Below are positions 1 through 8,771 of a stretch of DNA of 64,000 nt, in pieces (position 1 is the stretch's first letter; the number at the start of each line of letters is the position of its first letter). The stretch is from positions 872,651 to 936,650 of the forward strand of contig CAVTJV010000007.1 in assembly GCA_963735185.1 (NCBI GenBank), written 5' to 3'. This DNA is from an uncultured Thermoplasmata archaeon. GTDB lineage: Archaea > Thermoplasmatota > Thermoplasmata > Lutacidiplasmatales > UBA184. The translations under genes and the position numbers were made by a program. The notes below the pieces were generated by a model. The model had not been told where the DNA came from, did not search any database, and saw nothing but the letters and a program-made list of their open reading frames with translations.

Positions 1-400
1 GCGCGTCGAACTTCCGCTCCTCCGGAGGCGAAGGCGCCTCGGCCGGTGCGGGTGGGGCACCCAGGTACTCGACGAGCGAGGCGTGCTCGCCCACAGTGAG
101 CTCGCCTTCGCCGAGGAGGAGGTCGACGAGCTCCCGCTGACGCGGCCGGTACGTCTCGACGAGCTCGGTCAGGTCGCGGTCGGGTCGGGTGGCCGGGACC
201 GCGGCCAGCGGAGCTCCCACGAGGCCGTCGAGGTCGGCCCGCAGGTCGTCGAACGCACGGGCGAGTTCGGAGTGGTTCGGCACGGACCCGTCCTGCGGAA
301 GCTCGAACTTGGCCGAGAGCCGCACTGCGCCACCGGACGGGTCCTCCGGGCGGAGCGGACGCTCGACCGTGAGCTCGACCTCGCGACGACGAATCGGCAC
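1..400 (-). CDS. Hypothetical protein, runs off the window edge
   Basis: Read manually on the minus strand from GTG at 400: MPIRRREVELTVERPLRPEDPSGGAVRLSAKFELPQDG..., open to position 1. The listed + ORF 83..640 reads like its antisense shadow. Confidence 0.6.
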   Translation of the reverse strand, partial: MPIRRREVELTVERPLRPEDPSGGAVRLSAKFELPQDGSVPNHSELARAFDDLRADLDGLVGAPLAAVPATRPDRDLTELVETYRPRQRELVDLLLGEGELTVGEHASLVEYLGAPPAPAEAPSPPEERKFDA

Positions 401-543
401 GAGCCCCGACGGGCGAGCGCGGAGAAAAGGTACGCCCGCTCGTCGAAGGCTGCTTCGTGCGTGTTTGAGTTACCACCATTCACTTGCTATCACACGGTAA
501 CTATAAGAGGGTCCGCGGGTTCAGGTGGCACGAGGGGAGACCG

Positions 544-1041
544 ATGGATACGGAGCGCTCTCGGCGAACCGCCCCCGCTCATCCGGGCGCGATGGAGACC
601 TGCGACTCGGCCGACGGACGACACCTTTGCCCGGTCCTAGCGGCCGTGGGCGTCATCGGAACGGAGTGGCGCCTCGCGATCGTCCACCGCCTGCTCGAAG
701 GGCCGCAGCGGTTCAGCGAGATCCTGAAGTCGAACCCGCGGCTGAACGCGAAGACCCTGAGCGCGACCTTGAAGTTCCTCGAAAGCCAGGGCGTCGTACA
801 GCGCACGGTTGTCAGCACCCGGCCGTTCTCCGTCGTCTACTCGCTCACCGAGATGGGCCTCGGCCTCGCGCCGGCCACCCGCGAGCTGCGGGCCTGGGGC
901 GAGCGGTGGCTCCTCCCGAGGGCCGCGCAAACCAGTCGGGCAGCGGCGGCGGCGGCCGCGCGACGGCCTTCCGCCATCCAGGGAGAGCTCCCCCGCATCG
1001 TGGTCGGCGAGTCGGACCCCCACCCCCACCGGGCCCGATAG
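544..1041 (+). CDS. HxlR-family winged-helix transcriptional regulator
   Basis: CPVLAAVGVIGTEWRLAIVHRLLEGPQRFSEI...KTLSATLKFLESQGVVQR...VYSLTEMG...WG matches the HxlR/HypR pattern. ATG 544 follows an AT-rich promoter region. Confidence 0.9.
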   Translation: MDTERSRRTAPAHPGAMETCDSADGRHLCPVLAAVGVIGTEWRLAIVHRLLEGPQRFSEILKSNPRLNAKTLSATLKFLESQGVVQRTVVSTRPFSVVYSLTEMGLGLAPATRELRAWGERWLLPRAAQTSRAAAAAAARRPSAIQGELPRIVVGESDPHPHRAR

Positions 1042-1282
1042 GCGGAACGGCTCGTTCTCGAGCCGTTTCACGACCCCCCGTCCGCGCCTCAAATATCCCG
1101 GAAGTCCCTCGTTCCCTTGCAACCACCCCGGAAAGGTCCTTCCATATCGCCGCAAGGGGACAGCACCGTGTCCCAGGCGTGCGAGGGACCTTTCCAAAAC
1201 TTTCTGCTCTCAATTCACGAAACGGCCCGGGAGCCGCATGCGACCTCTCGTGACCGGCACACAGTGGCGTTCCCGGTCCGAG

Positions 1283-2224
1283 TCAGGGATGGGCACGAAA
1301 CCAGTCCAAGGTCTCGTGCACTCCCGTGGCGTACGGAGTTGACGGGATGGCACCGAACTTCTGACGGTACCTGCTGCCGTCGAGGATAAAGCGCTCCCGC
1401 TTGAGATACATCATCTCCCGGAACTCGCGGGCCTCGCCGTTGAAGACCCCGGCCAAGGCGACCATCCAGCCGGGGATGGCCCGAGGGTTCGACCGGGACC
1501 CGGCGGTCTTCGCCACCAGCCCGAGAAACTCGCGGGGAGTGATCACGCCCGCCCCTGGAACGTGGTACGTCTCTCCGTTCGAGCTCGGGTCCAATCCCGC
1601 CCGAACCATGGCCTCTCCTCCGTCGGGGATGAACAGGAACTCGGACGGGACGTCGAGGTCACCGTACCAGGGCATCGGCCGGCCTTGGAGCGCGTTGCGG
1701 AATACCCCCGCGTAGAGCCGGTTCACGATGAACGGGCCATAGAAATCCGGCATTCGGACAATCGAAAATGCCAGCCCCTGAGAGCGATGGAGCTCCTCGA
1801 GGCGTTGCTCCATCTGCCGTCGCAACTGCCCCTTGCGGGTGTGCGGTTCCATCGGATGGTCCTCCCGTACGAACTCCGTCCGGGCGTGACCGAAGACGTA
1901 GACATTCCCCGGAAAGACGACACGAGCGCCGGCCGCCTGAGCCGCCGAGGTCGTGTTCTCTAGCATCGGGACCGCCTTCGCCGCCCACTCCGGATAGGGG
2001 ACGTTCACGCAGTGGAAGATCGTCGTGGCGTCCTTGGCCGCGCGGTGGACGTCCTCCACTACGAGGGCGTCCCCCACAACGACCTCCACCCCCTTCGCTT
2101 CGGGCCACGATCCTCGGAACTTCGCCGGGTCTCGAACGAGAACCCGGACTGGCTCGCCGCGTTCGACGAGCTTCACCACGGTCCAGTGCCCAATCCCGCC
2201 CGTGGCTCCCAGTACCAGATGCAT
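1283..2224 (-). CDS. NAD-dependent epimerase/dehydratase (extended SDR) family protein
   Basis: N-terminal Rossmann motif VLGATGGIG; GNVYVFG, TRKG, RMPDFYGP motifs. Confidence 0.9.
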   Translation of the reverse strand: MHLVLGATGGIGHWTVVKLVERGEPVRVLVRDPAKFRGSWPEAKGVEVVVGDALVVEDVHRAAKDATTIFHCVNVPYPEWAAKAVPMLENTTSAAQAAGARVVFPGNVYVFGHARTEFVREDHPMEPHTRKGQLRRQMEQRLEELHRSQGLAFSIVRMPDFYGPFIVNRLYAGVFRNALQGRPMPWYGDLDVPSEFLFIPDGGEAMVRAGLDPSSNGETYHVPGAGVITPREFLGLVAKTAGSRSNPRAIPGWMVALAGVFNGEAREFREMMYLKRERFILDGSRYRQKFGAIPSTPYATGVHETLDWFRAHP

Positions 2225-2450
2225 GAGCGCATACCCGGGAGCCGGTGGGACGAATAAGCCCCCGCATCGGGCTCGGAACGTCTCCCCCGAGCGGGTACGA
2301 AACGGGTATGCTTCGTGCGGGGCCGCCGTGATTCCAAGGGGACCTACCTAGAAGGGGTCCTTCATGGCTCATCGTTCAGCGTTCACCGACCCGCGAGCCG
2401 ACCTAACCCCCGGCCGCGATGGCGGCGTGAACCCCTATGGCGTCGCGCGT

Positions 2451-2876
2451 CGCCCCCTCCGCCTCACTCCGCGTTCGACCGCTAGATCTTCCCGCGGACT
2501 CCGACGGACCCCGACATGCCTCGCCGTCATCCCCGAGCCGAACGTCTCCCGGACCCCGAGGCCGCGCACGCGGTCTCCCGCTCCGCGCACCGTTCCCGGC
2601 TCTAACCGCCCAGTGACCGGCGTCGCCCCGAAGGACGAGGGGTCTTTCGAGGACGCCTCCCGCGAGCGGACGCCCGGCCGGACGCGTCGGGGGTCCTGAA
2701 CGCGGAGAGGTGCGCCCGCCCTGAGCACTTTCCCGGCCGATCGCCGGAGCGCGCCTTCCCCAGCCCCACGGCGCTCCGGCCGCAGGGCGGGTCCTGGGGA
2801 GGGCGTTCCCGGGCCCTCTACGAGAGGGCCTCCCCGCGCACAACTCCGTCCTACCCGAGACCCGCGGGAGGGGGCG
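2451..2876 (-). ncRNA. Candidate structured non-coding RNA, family unknown
   Basis: Nested perfect 8-10 bp stems, with UUCG and GNRA tetraloops on the minus strand; no credible ORF. See findings. Confidence 0.45.
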
Positions 2877-2893
2877 GTGGAGTTCTGGAAACC

Positions 2894-3214
2894 TTGGATG
2901 CCGAGCGCATCGTCGCAACGCCTCCCGAACCCGTTCCGAGCCTACCCCTTCCTGACCGCGGGGTATCGCGGGTGCGAAAGGTCGGAGAGCTTCGGCTTCC
3001 GATCGCCGGCCCGTACCATCCTCGCGCTCGCCTCTACCGCTACCCGGACGGACGGCTCCTCTGGCTCGTCCGCCTCTGGGAGTGCGACCGGGCCGTGCCG
3101 CACCTCGTCTCTACAGCGGTGCTGCGCGAGTTCGCACGCTTGAACGGCCTCGCGGGCCTGCGCGCCGAGGTCGACGCCCTCGTGGAGCGGGCGACGGCCG
3201 GCGACCGACCGTGA
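2894..3214 (+). CDS. Small hypothetical protein, translationally coupled to the downstream ATPase
   Basis: Protein-like composition (RARLYRYPDGRLLWLVRLWE); its stop overlaps the next start (GTGA at 3211-3214). Confidence 0.7.
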   Translation: MDAERIVATPPEPVPSLPLPDRGVSRVRKVGELRLPIAGPYHPRARLYRYPDGRLLWLVRLWECDRAVPHLVSTAVLREFARLNGLAGLRAEVDALVERATAGDRP

Positions 3215-5787
3215 GCACCGCGCATCCGGTCACGGTGCTCTGCCACGGCTCTCCGTCACGACGACGACAATGGTACGCCGAGCTCGCACGGCTCATCGTA
3301 TCGGCCCCGCAGCCGGCCGCCGTCCTCTTTGAAGAGGCGTCCGACCGTTCGCTTCCTAGGGTCACCGTCCGGCCGACGGAGATCCTCGACGTCCTTCGAG
3401 AGAGCGTGGCCGGCGCCTCTGTCCGGGTCGAGGAGGGTCGCTCGCCGTCATCGACCCCTCCTCCTCGGTTCCCCTGCGAGCGCATAGGGTGCGTGGTGCG
3501 ATTTGGGGAGGCTCGAAACCGCCTCCCCCCCGAGGAGAGAACGGTCGTCGACCGGGTCGGGGTCGCAGCGGGGATCGGCCCGGAGAGCTGGCTCGGGTTC
3601 CAGACGTTCTGGGTGCCGGCCGGGCATGGCACCCTCTGGTTGGCTCGACGGTTCCGGTTCGCGGCCCGGTCGAACGCCGAACTCGACCAACGATGGAGGG
3701 CGCTGGGGCCTGCGGTCGCGGCCGAGTGGAGCTTGAGGGTGGGCCTTCCGGCGACGTTTCGTAGCGCCCGTTTCGGGTCCCGGCGTGACTGGCGACGCGG
3801 CGGCCTCCGGACGGTCCCGCCCGATGGCTGGTTCGAACGGCCCCCCGAGGATGCGGCGCGGTCGGTCCTCTCCCTCGAGCCGAAGGACGGCGTGCGGATG
3901 GAACGCCCGGTGGAGACACCGGCGATCGTCCTCGGGGCTTCGGGCGCCGGGAAGACGACGTACCTGGCCCGCTGGGCCGCCCGGGTGGTGCGCCAAGGAG
4001 GCTCCCTGGTCGTGGTCGACCTGCACGGGGACCTCGCTCCCGCCATCCTCGGCCGGCTCTCGCCCGAGTCCCGGCTCCGAGTGGTGGCGGTCGACGCGAC
4101 CCTGCCTCCCGTACCGGGGGTCGCGGCGCTCGTGCCCGACGGGCCCCGGGACCGGGCCGCGGCCCACCTGGTCGCCGCGTTGAAGCGGCTGAGCCCGGAC
4201 GGGACCGACCTTTACTGGGGATTCCGTCTCGAGAGGATCTTCGACACCTTCGTCCGGCTCGCGCTCGAGACGGGCGGCTCCCTCACCGACGTCTACGACC
4301 TGCTCACGAACCCCGACCGAAGGGACGCGGCCCGCCTCGCGACCCGGTCGGTCGAGCTCGCGAGGTTCCTCGACGAGCTCTCGCCCGTGGTGCGCCGGAA
4401 CCCCGAGTTCCTATGGTCGGCCTCGACCCGCCTTTCGAAGGTGGTGCTCGTGCCCGCCTTGCGGGAGCTCCTGGCGCCGGAAGAGGGAGGTCTGCCGGTC
4501 GAGGCGCTGCTCACCGAGGGGCGCTCGCTCCTCGTCCGATTGCCGTTCGCGAGCCTGGGACCGGAGGCGGCGGCGTTCGCGGCTACCCTCCTGCTCGGCC
4601 GGATCTACCTCGGGGTCGCCGCCACCGCCGAACGCCGGGGGCGCCCGGTCCCGGTGTCGGTCGTTCTCGACGAGGTGCAGGCGATCTCCCCCCGGCTGGT
4701 CGCCGAGGTCCTCACCGAGGGCCGGAAGTTCGGTCTCCGTACCGTCGTCGCGACGCAGTATCCCGACCGACTCGCCCGGGAGGTGCAAAGCGCCGCGCGG
4801 GGCGCGCTCCGCGGGTTCGTCGCGTTCCGCGTCCCTCGCCCGTCGGCCGTGGAGGTCGGAGGTTGGCTGGGCCTGGGACCGACCGACGCGGCCGAACTAC
4901 TTCCGAACCTCCCGACCGGTCAGGCACTGGTCCTGGACCCGCTCTCCGATGGAGTGCGCCCCACCTCCGCCGAGGAGTCTCCACCCGAGAACGACCCGGC
5001 GCGATGGAACGAGGCGGTCGACGCGACCCGAGACGAGTTCGGGGTCGACACGCCCGTGGCGGTGGAAAGCGTCGCGACGGACGACGCGACCGAACGCCTC
5101 CTGATGGCCGTGCTCTCGAGCGCGGAGGCCGGTTCGACTCTGCACCGAGAGAACGTCGTGACCGTCGCGGCGACCCTTCCGGGGTCGGGCCCCGACCCGG
5201 CCCTGCTCTCCAACCGTCTCGCGACGCTCTTCCGCGACGGCTATCTCGAGGAAGGCGCGGGGGGTCTCCGTCTGACCGCGGCGGGCGAGCGACGGCTCGG
5301 GCTCACCGCCCCGACCGAGGCGACCCGAGAGACCGCGGAGCACCGTGCCCTGCTCATGGCGGCATTCCGCCGGTTCGCGCGGCGAGGGTACCGCCTCGAA
5401 ATCCTCCGACAGGGACGGTTCGATACCACCCTCCCGGATGCGCGGTTCCGTCAGCTTCCCGGCCCGGACGAGGTCCACGTGCCAGCCGAACTCGCGGCCG
5501 AGGTCGAGCGAGCCCGTCAAGGTTGGGCGTGGAGGTTCTTCCGCGGCCGGGACGTCTACGTCGAGGCCGAGGTCTCCGGCGCGCTGCGACCCGAGCGCGT
5601 GCGCCACGGGGTTCGGAAGGCGCTGCGCCGAGGAGCGTTCGTTCTGTTCGTGGTCAGCGACGTTCGCCGCGCCCGCCGCGTGCGCACCGTCCTCCGGGCG
5701 ATGGGCCTCGGAGTGGACCGGGCGCAGGTCTGGACGCTCCGCCTTCCGGTCGGGTCGACGGAGCGTCCGGGGGAAACGAACAGGTAA
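3211..5787 (+). CDS. HerA/FtsK/VirD4-superfamily ATPase (DUF87-like) with C-terminal wHTH and PD-(D/E)xK-like domain
   Basis: Walker A GASGAGKTT, VVVDLHGD, Walker B VVLDEVQ, arginine finger EGRKFG, ATQ motif; C-terminal EH...PDA...VYVEAEVS. Confidence 0.85.
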   Translation: MSTAHPVTVLCHGSPSRRRQWYAELARLIVSAPQPAAVLFEEASDRSLPRVTVRPTEILDVLRESVAGASVRVEEGRSPSSTPPPRFPCERIGCVVRFGEARNRLPPEERTVVDRVGVAAGIGPESWLGFQTFWVPAGHGTLWLARRFRFAARSNAELDQRWRALGPAVAAEWSLRVGLPATFRSARFGSRRDWRRGGLRTVPPDGWFERPPEDAARSVLSLEPKDGVRMERPVETPAIVLGASGAGKTTYLARWAARVVRQGGSLVVVDLHGDLAPAILGRLSPESRLRVVAVDATLPPVPGVAALVPDGPRDRAAAHLVAALKRLSPDGTDLYWGFRLERIFDTFVRLALETGGSLTDVYDLLTNPDRRDAARLATRSVELARFLDELSPVVRRNPEFLWSASTRLSKVVLVPALRELLAPEEGGLPVEALLTEGRSLLVRLPFASLGPEAAAFAATLLLGRIYLGVAATAERRGRPVPVSVVLDEVQAISPRLVAEVLTEGRKFGLRTVVATQYPDRLAREVQSAARGALRGFVAFRVPRPSAVEVGGWLGLGPTDAAELLPNLPTGQALVLDPLSDGVRPTSAEESPPENDPARWNEAVDATRDEFGVDTPVAVESVATDDATERLLMAVLSSAEAGSTLHRENVVTVAATLPGSGPDPALLSNRLATLFRDGYLEEGAGGLRLTAAGERRLGLTAPTEATRETAEHRALLMAAFRRFARRGYRLEILRQGRFDTTLPDARFRQLPGPDEVHVPAELAAEVERARQGWAWRFFRGRDVYVEAEVSGALRPERVRHGVRKALRRGAFVLFVVSDVRRARRVRTVLRAMGLGVDRAQVWTLRLPVGSTERPGETNR

Positions 5788-5812
5788 GTGCGAGCGTTCG
5801 CTCGACCGCGCC

Positions 5813-6346
5813 GTGCGCGCGTTCGTGGCGGTCGAGATCCCCCCCGCCTCCGGGGAAACTCGTCGGGGCCCGGCTCCGGAGCACCTCACCCTGCTCTTCC
5901 TCGGGGAGATTCCGAGGGAGAGGGTCGGACCGATCGTCGAGGCCCTCACCCCACTAGGGGCCGCCATCGGGCCGTTCGACGCCGTGCTCGAAGGCATAGG
6001 CGCCTTCCCATCTCCCGAGCGGCCGCGGGTCGTGTGGGTAGGCGTCACCGAAGGCGCGACCGAGCTCACCCGGCTCGCGAACCGCGTTCGCGAGCTCCTC
6101 ACAGGCGAGGGGGAACCGGACCGACGAGAGACGTTCGCCCCACATCTCACTTTGTTCCGGGTGCGCTCGGCGACCGACCACCGGCGCGCGGTGGAGCTCC
6201 TCACCGGGACCGTCCCCCCGCCGGCCCCACGTCGGTTCCGGGTCAGCGAGTTCGTCCTCAAGGAGAGCGAGCTTTCCCCTCGCGGAGCGACCCACCGGAC
6301 CGTCGCGACATTCCCGCTCCGAGGTCCGTCGTCGACCCCGATCTAG
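5813..6346 (+). CDS. thpR: RNA 2',3'-cyclic phosphodiesterase (LigT-like 2H family)
   Basis: Starts VRAFVAVEI; two HxT motifs (HLTLLFLG, PHLTLFR); FPSPERPRVVWVG. Confidence 0.92.
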   Translation: MRAFVAVEIPPASGETRRGPAPEHLTLLFLGEIPRERVGPIVEALTPLGAAIGPFDAVLEGIGAFPSPERPRVVWVGVTEGATELTRLANRVRELLTGEGEPDRRETFAPHLTLFRVRSATDHRRAVELLTGTVPPPAPRRFRVSEFVLKESELSPRGATHRTVATFPLRGPSSTPI

Positions 6347-6383
6347 ACGAAGGGGACGACCTCGCCGCGGGGAGAGAGCCGGT

Positions 6384-7292
6384 TCACCCCGACTCGGCCG
6401 CTGCCCGGTCGGCGACGAGCTTCCGCCAGAGGTAGAGGGTGGCGTAACTCCCCCAACCGGGGTAGTACCGCTCGGCCCACGCCCGGGCCCGCTTCTCGGG
6501 GGCGGAGCGACGGAGCACTCCGAACTCCTCGAGCGCGATGCGGACCCCGAGGTCCCCTGCGATGAAGACGTCGGTCCTGCCGACACCGCGCAGGAGCGCG
6601 TTCTCGGCCGTCCAGCGGCCGACCCCGGGCAACCGGTCGAGGCTCTCGACCGCGGTCTCGAGAGGACCGGAGGATAGTCCGGTTGACGGGAGCGAGCCGT
6701 CCTCGACGGACACCGCGAGCGCGAGCAGAGCGCGGCTCTTGGCGCCGCTCAACCCGGTCGACCGGAGCCCGGGGACGTCCAGGGCCCTCAGCTCCCCCGG
6801 GGTCGGGACCCTAGGGACCTCCACCCCGCCCGCCTCCAGGAACGCTCCCGTTCGCTCGAGAAGGCGCTCCTTCATCGCGTTCGCCGCGCGCACCGATAGC
6901 TGCTGACCGACGATCGCGTGGAGGAGCGCCTCGTAGATGTGCGCGTCCCGAGGGATCCGCAACCCCCGGAACCGCCGGTCGGTGCCCCGCAAGGTCCGCT
7001 CCGCCCGAACGAGCCGGTAGAACTCCTCGACCGGGTGGTCGAGCGAGAACAGCGCGCGTGCCGCGGACCGCGCGGCCGGTCCGTCGGCCCCCCACGCCTC
7101 GACACGCCAGCGCCGCCCCTTCGGCTCGACCGAGAGGACCCACGGGTCGTCCGGCGTCCCCCACGCTCGCAGGAACCGATCACCGTCCTGCGTAACGACG
7201 ATCGACCGGGAGGAGTACTCGAGCTGCTCCCGCTCGGCCGGAAGCGACGCGAGACGCGGGAGGGTGATCGCGGTGACCGTGGGGGAACGCAC
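6384..7292 (-). CDS. alkA: DNA-3-methyladenine glycosylase II (HhH-GPD family)
   Basis: EALLHAIVGQQLS, HhH motif LPGVGRWTA, FIAGDLGVR, WGSYATLYLW. Confidence 0.88.
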   Translation of the reverse strand: MRSPTVTAITLPRLASLPAEREQLEYSSRSIVVTQDGDRFLRAWGTPDDPWVLSVEPKGRRWRVEAWGADGPAARSAARALFSLDHPVEEFYRLVRAERTLRGTDRRFRGLRIPRDAHIYEALLHAIVGQQLSVRAANAMKERLLERTGAFLEAGGVEVPRVPTPGELRALDVPGLRSTGLSGAKSRALLALAVSVEDGSLPSTGLSSGPLETAVESLDRLPGVGRWTAENALLRGVGRTDVFIAGDLGVRIALEEFGVLRRSAPEKRARAWAERYYPGWGSYATLYLWRKLVADRAAAESG

Positions 7293-7433
7293 GCGGTCGG
7301 GAAGCGACGACCCCTAAGAGGCCGTCGGTCGCCCCGCGTCCCAGGTACCGCTCCGCCCCCGAACGACGATACCGTTAAGCGGCTCGGCACGACTCGCGCG
7401 TCCGGTCCCCAGTCCGAGGGGGAGAGAACTCGG

Positions 7434-8753
7434 GTGACCGACGACCAACCGCTCTTCGGCAATCCACGGCCTCGAACCGTTCTCCTCGTGCTCGTCGCGC
7501 TCACGCTCCTGGTCGCGACCATCGTGTCGTTCGGGCTTTCCGGTGGGCCGGGCGGGCGGACGGCGGATGGGTCGTCGCTCGCGACGGGCACCTCCCTTCG
7601 AGCGACCGTCCTCGCGGACGCAGGGTCCACCGTCTCGATCCGGGAGCTCGGTCCCGTCCCGAGCGAGGTCACGGTGGGCGTCCCGGCCGCGTTCGCCTGG
7701 CAGGCGCTCAACGCTACGGGAGCCCGCGCGACCACGTTCGCGACCGCGTGCGACGTAACGGTCACCGAGAGCACCAACGGCTCGAACGTCCGGGCCTGGG
7801 TCAATGCCTCGACGACCGGCCCACTCGTCCGTTCGCCGAACGGGACGTTCTCGGTCCCCTCCGACGCGTGGAACGGCGGCGTGCTCGACCTGTCCGTCAG
7901 CATCGCCTCCGCGGTTCCCGTGACCGTCCGGCTGTTCGGTCCGCTCCTCCCCACCGTTCCCGCCCCCGTCACGCTGGAGGCTCTCCCCGACCTCGAGCAC
8001 CTCGTGCTCTACGCGCACGTCACGAACCAATCGGGGGAGCGGGCGAACGACACGTTCTGGCATGTCCGCGACCGGTTCGGCGACCCGACGCCGGGAGCGT
8101 TCCTCATCGTCGAGTACTCAACCGGCACCTCGGTGAGCCAGACGTTCGTGCCGGTGACCTGGACGACCGGGGGCACGACGGGGGCGTGGGTGAACTACTC
8201 GGCTCCCGACCCGGGGAGCGGCACGGTCGTGGTCCTGGACGAATCCCAGACGACCCTCCTCGGCCCGGTCCCGGTGCCCGCGCTCGCGACCGCGCCACCG
8301 CCTCCGGCCCCATCCCTCTCTCCGTTCGTCCTCGCGGCGGTCGCCCTGCTCGCGGTCGGGGCGGTCGTCGGGATCGTGGCCATCGGAACCGGCGGTCGGG
8401 CGCGCGCATCTCCGGAGCGCACCGAGGCGGAGGAGGAACTTCGGCGGCTCGCCGAGGGTCGGGAAGCGGTCGTCGACCTCGTGCGGCGAGCCGGTCCGCT
8501 CGCCCTTCCCGAGATCGAGGACGCGTGGGAACCGCCTCCGGCGCCCCCCGCTCTCGCCGACTGGGTCGCGTCCCTCGTGACCGACGGGACGCTCACCGTC
8601 ACCCTCGGGGAGGGGGGACGGGCGCGGTTCGCCGTCGCCGACCGTCCGAACCGGGAGCCGAAGGTCACGCTCGACGAGGAAGCCCTCGAGCGAGGGCTCG
8701 CCCGCCGCGACGCGGCGGTCGAGGACGACCACGACGATGCGCGAGTCCCCTGA
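7434..8753 (+). CDS. Membrane protein: N-terminal anchor, beta-rich extracellular region, second TM helix, C-terminal wHTH-like domain
   Basis: Hydrophobic segments TVLLVLVALTLLVATIVSFG and FVLAAVALLAVGAVVGIVAIG; Thr/Ser/Val-rich middle with several NxS/T sequons. Confidence 0.7.
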   Translation: MTDDQPLFGNPRPRTVLLVLVALTLLVATIVSFGLSGGPGGRTADGSSLATGTSLRATVLADAGSTVSIRELGPVPSEVTVGVPAAFAWQALNATGARATTFATACDVTVTESTNGSNVRAWVNASTTGPLVRSPNGTFSVPSDAWNGGVLDLSVSIASAVPVTVRLFGPLLPTVPAPVTLEALPDLEHLVLYAHVTNQSGERANDTFWHVRDRFGDPTPGAFLIVEYSTGTSVSQTFVPVTWTTGGTTGAWVNYSAPDPGSGTVVVLDESQTTLLGPVPVPALATAPPPPAPSLSPFVLAAVALLAVGAVVGIVAIGTGGRARASPERTEAEEELRRLAEGREAVVDLVRRAGPLALPEIEDAWEPPPAPPALADWVASLVTDGTLTVTLGEGGRARFAVADRPNREPKVTLDEEALERGLARRDAAVEDDHDDARVP

Positions 8754-8771
8754 CGACGGCGGTTCGACCGG

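Noticed and set aside
469..501. GTTACC-N21-GGTAAC inverted repeat as HxlR operator
   Set aside because: Only 6-bp arms with a long spacer; plausible but not distinguishable from chance.
2451..2876. RNase P RNA or group II intron identity for the structured element
   Set aside because: Only weak partial matches (GGGAAAGUGC; GAGCCG...GAGA hairpin). No GAGGAAAGUCC/ACAGAA P4 pair or proper domain V was found by eye; a covariance-model search is still needed.
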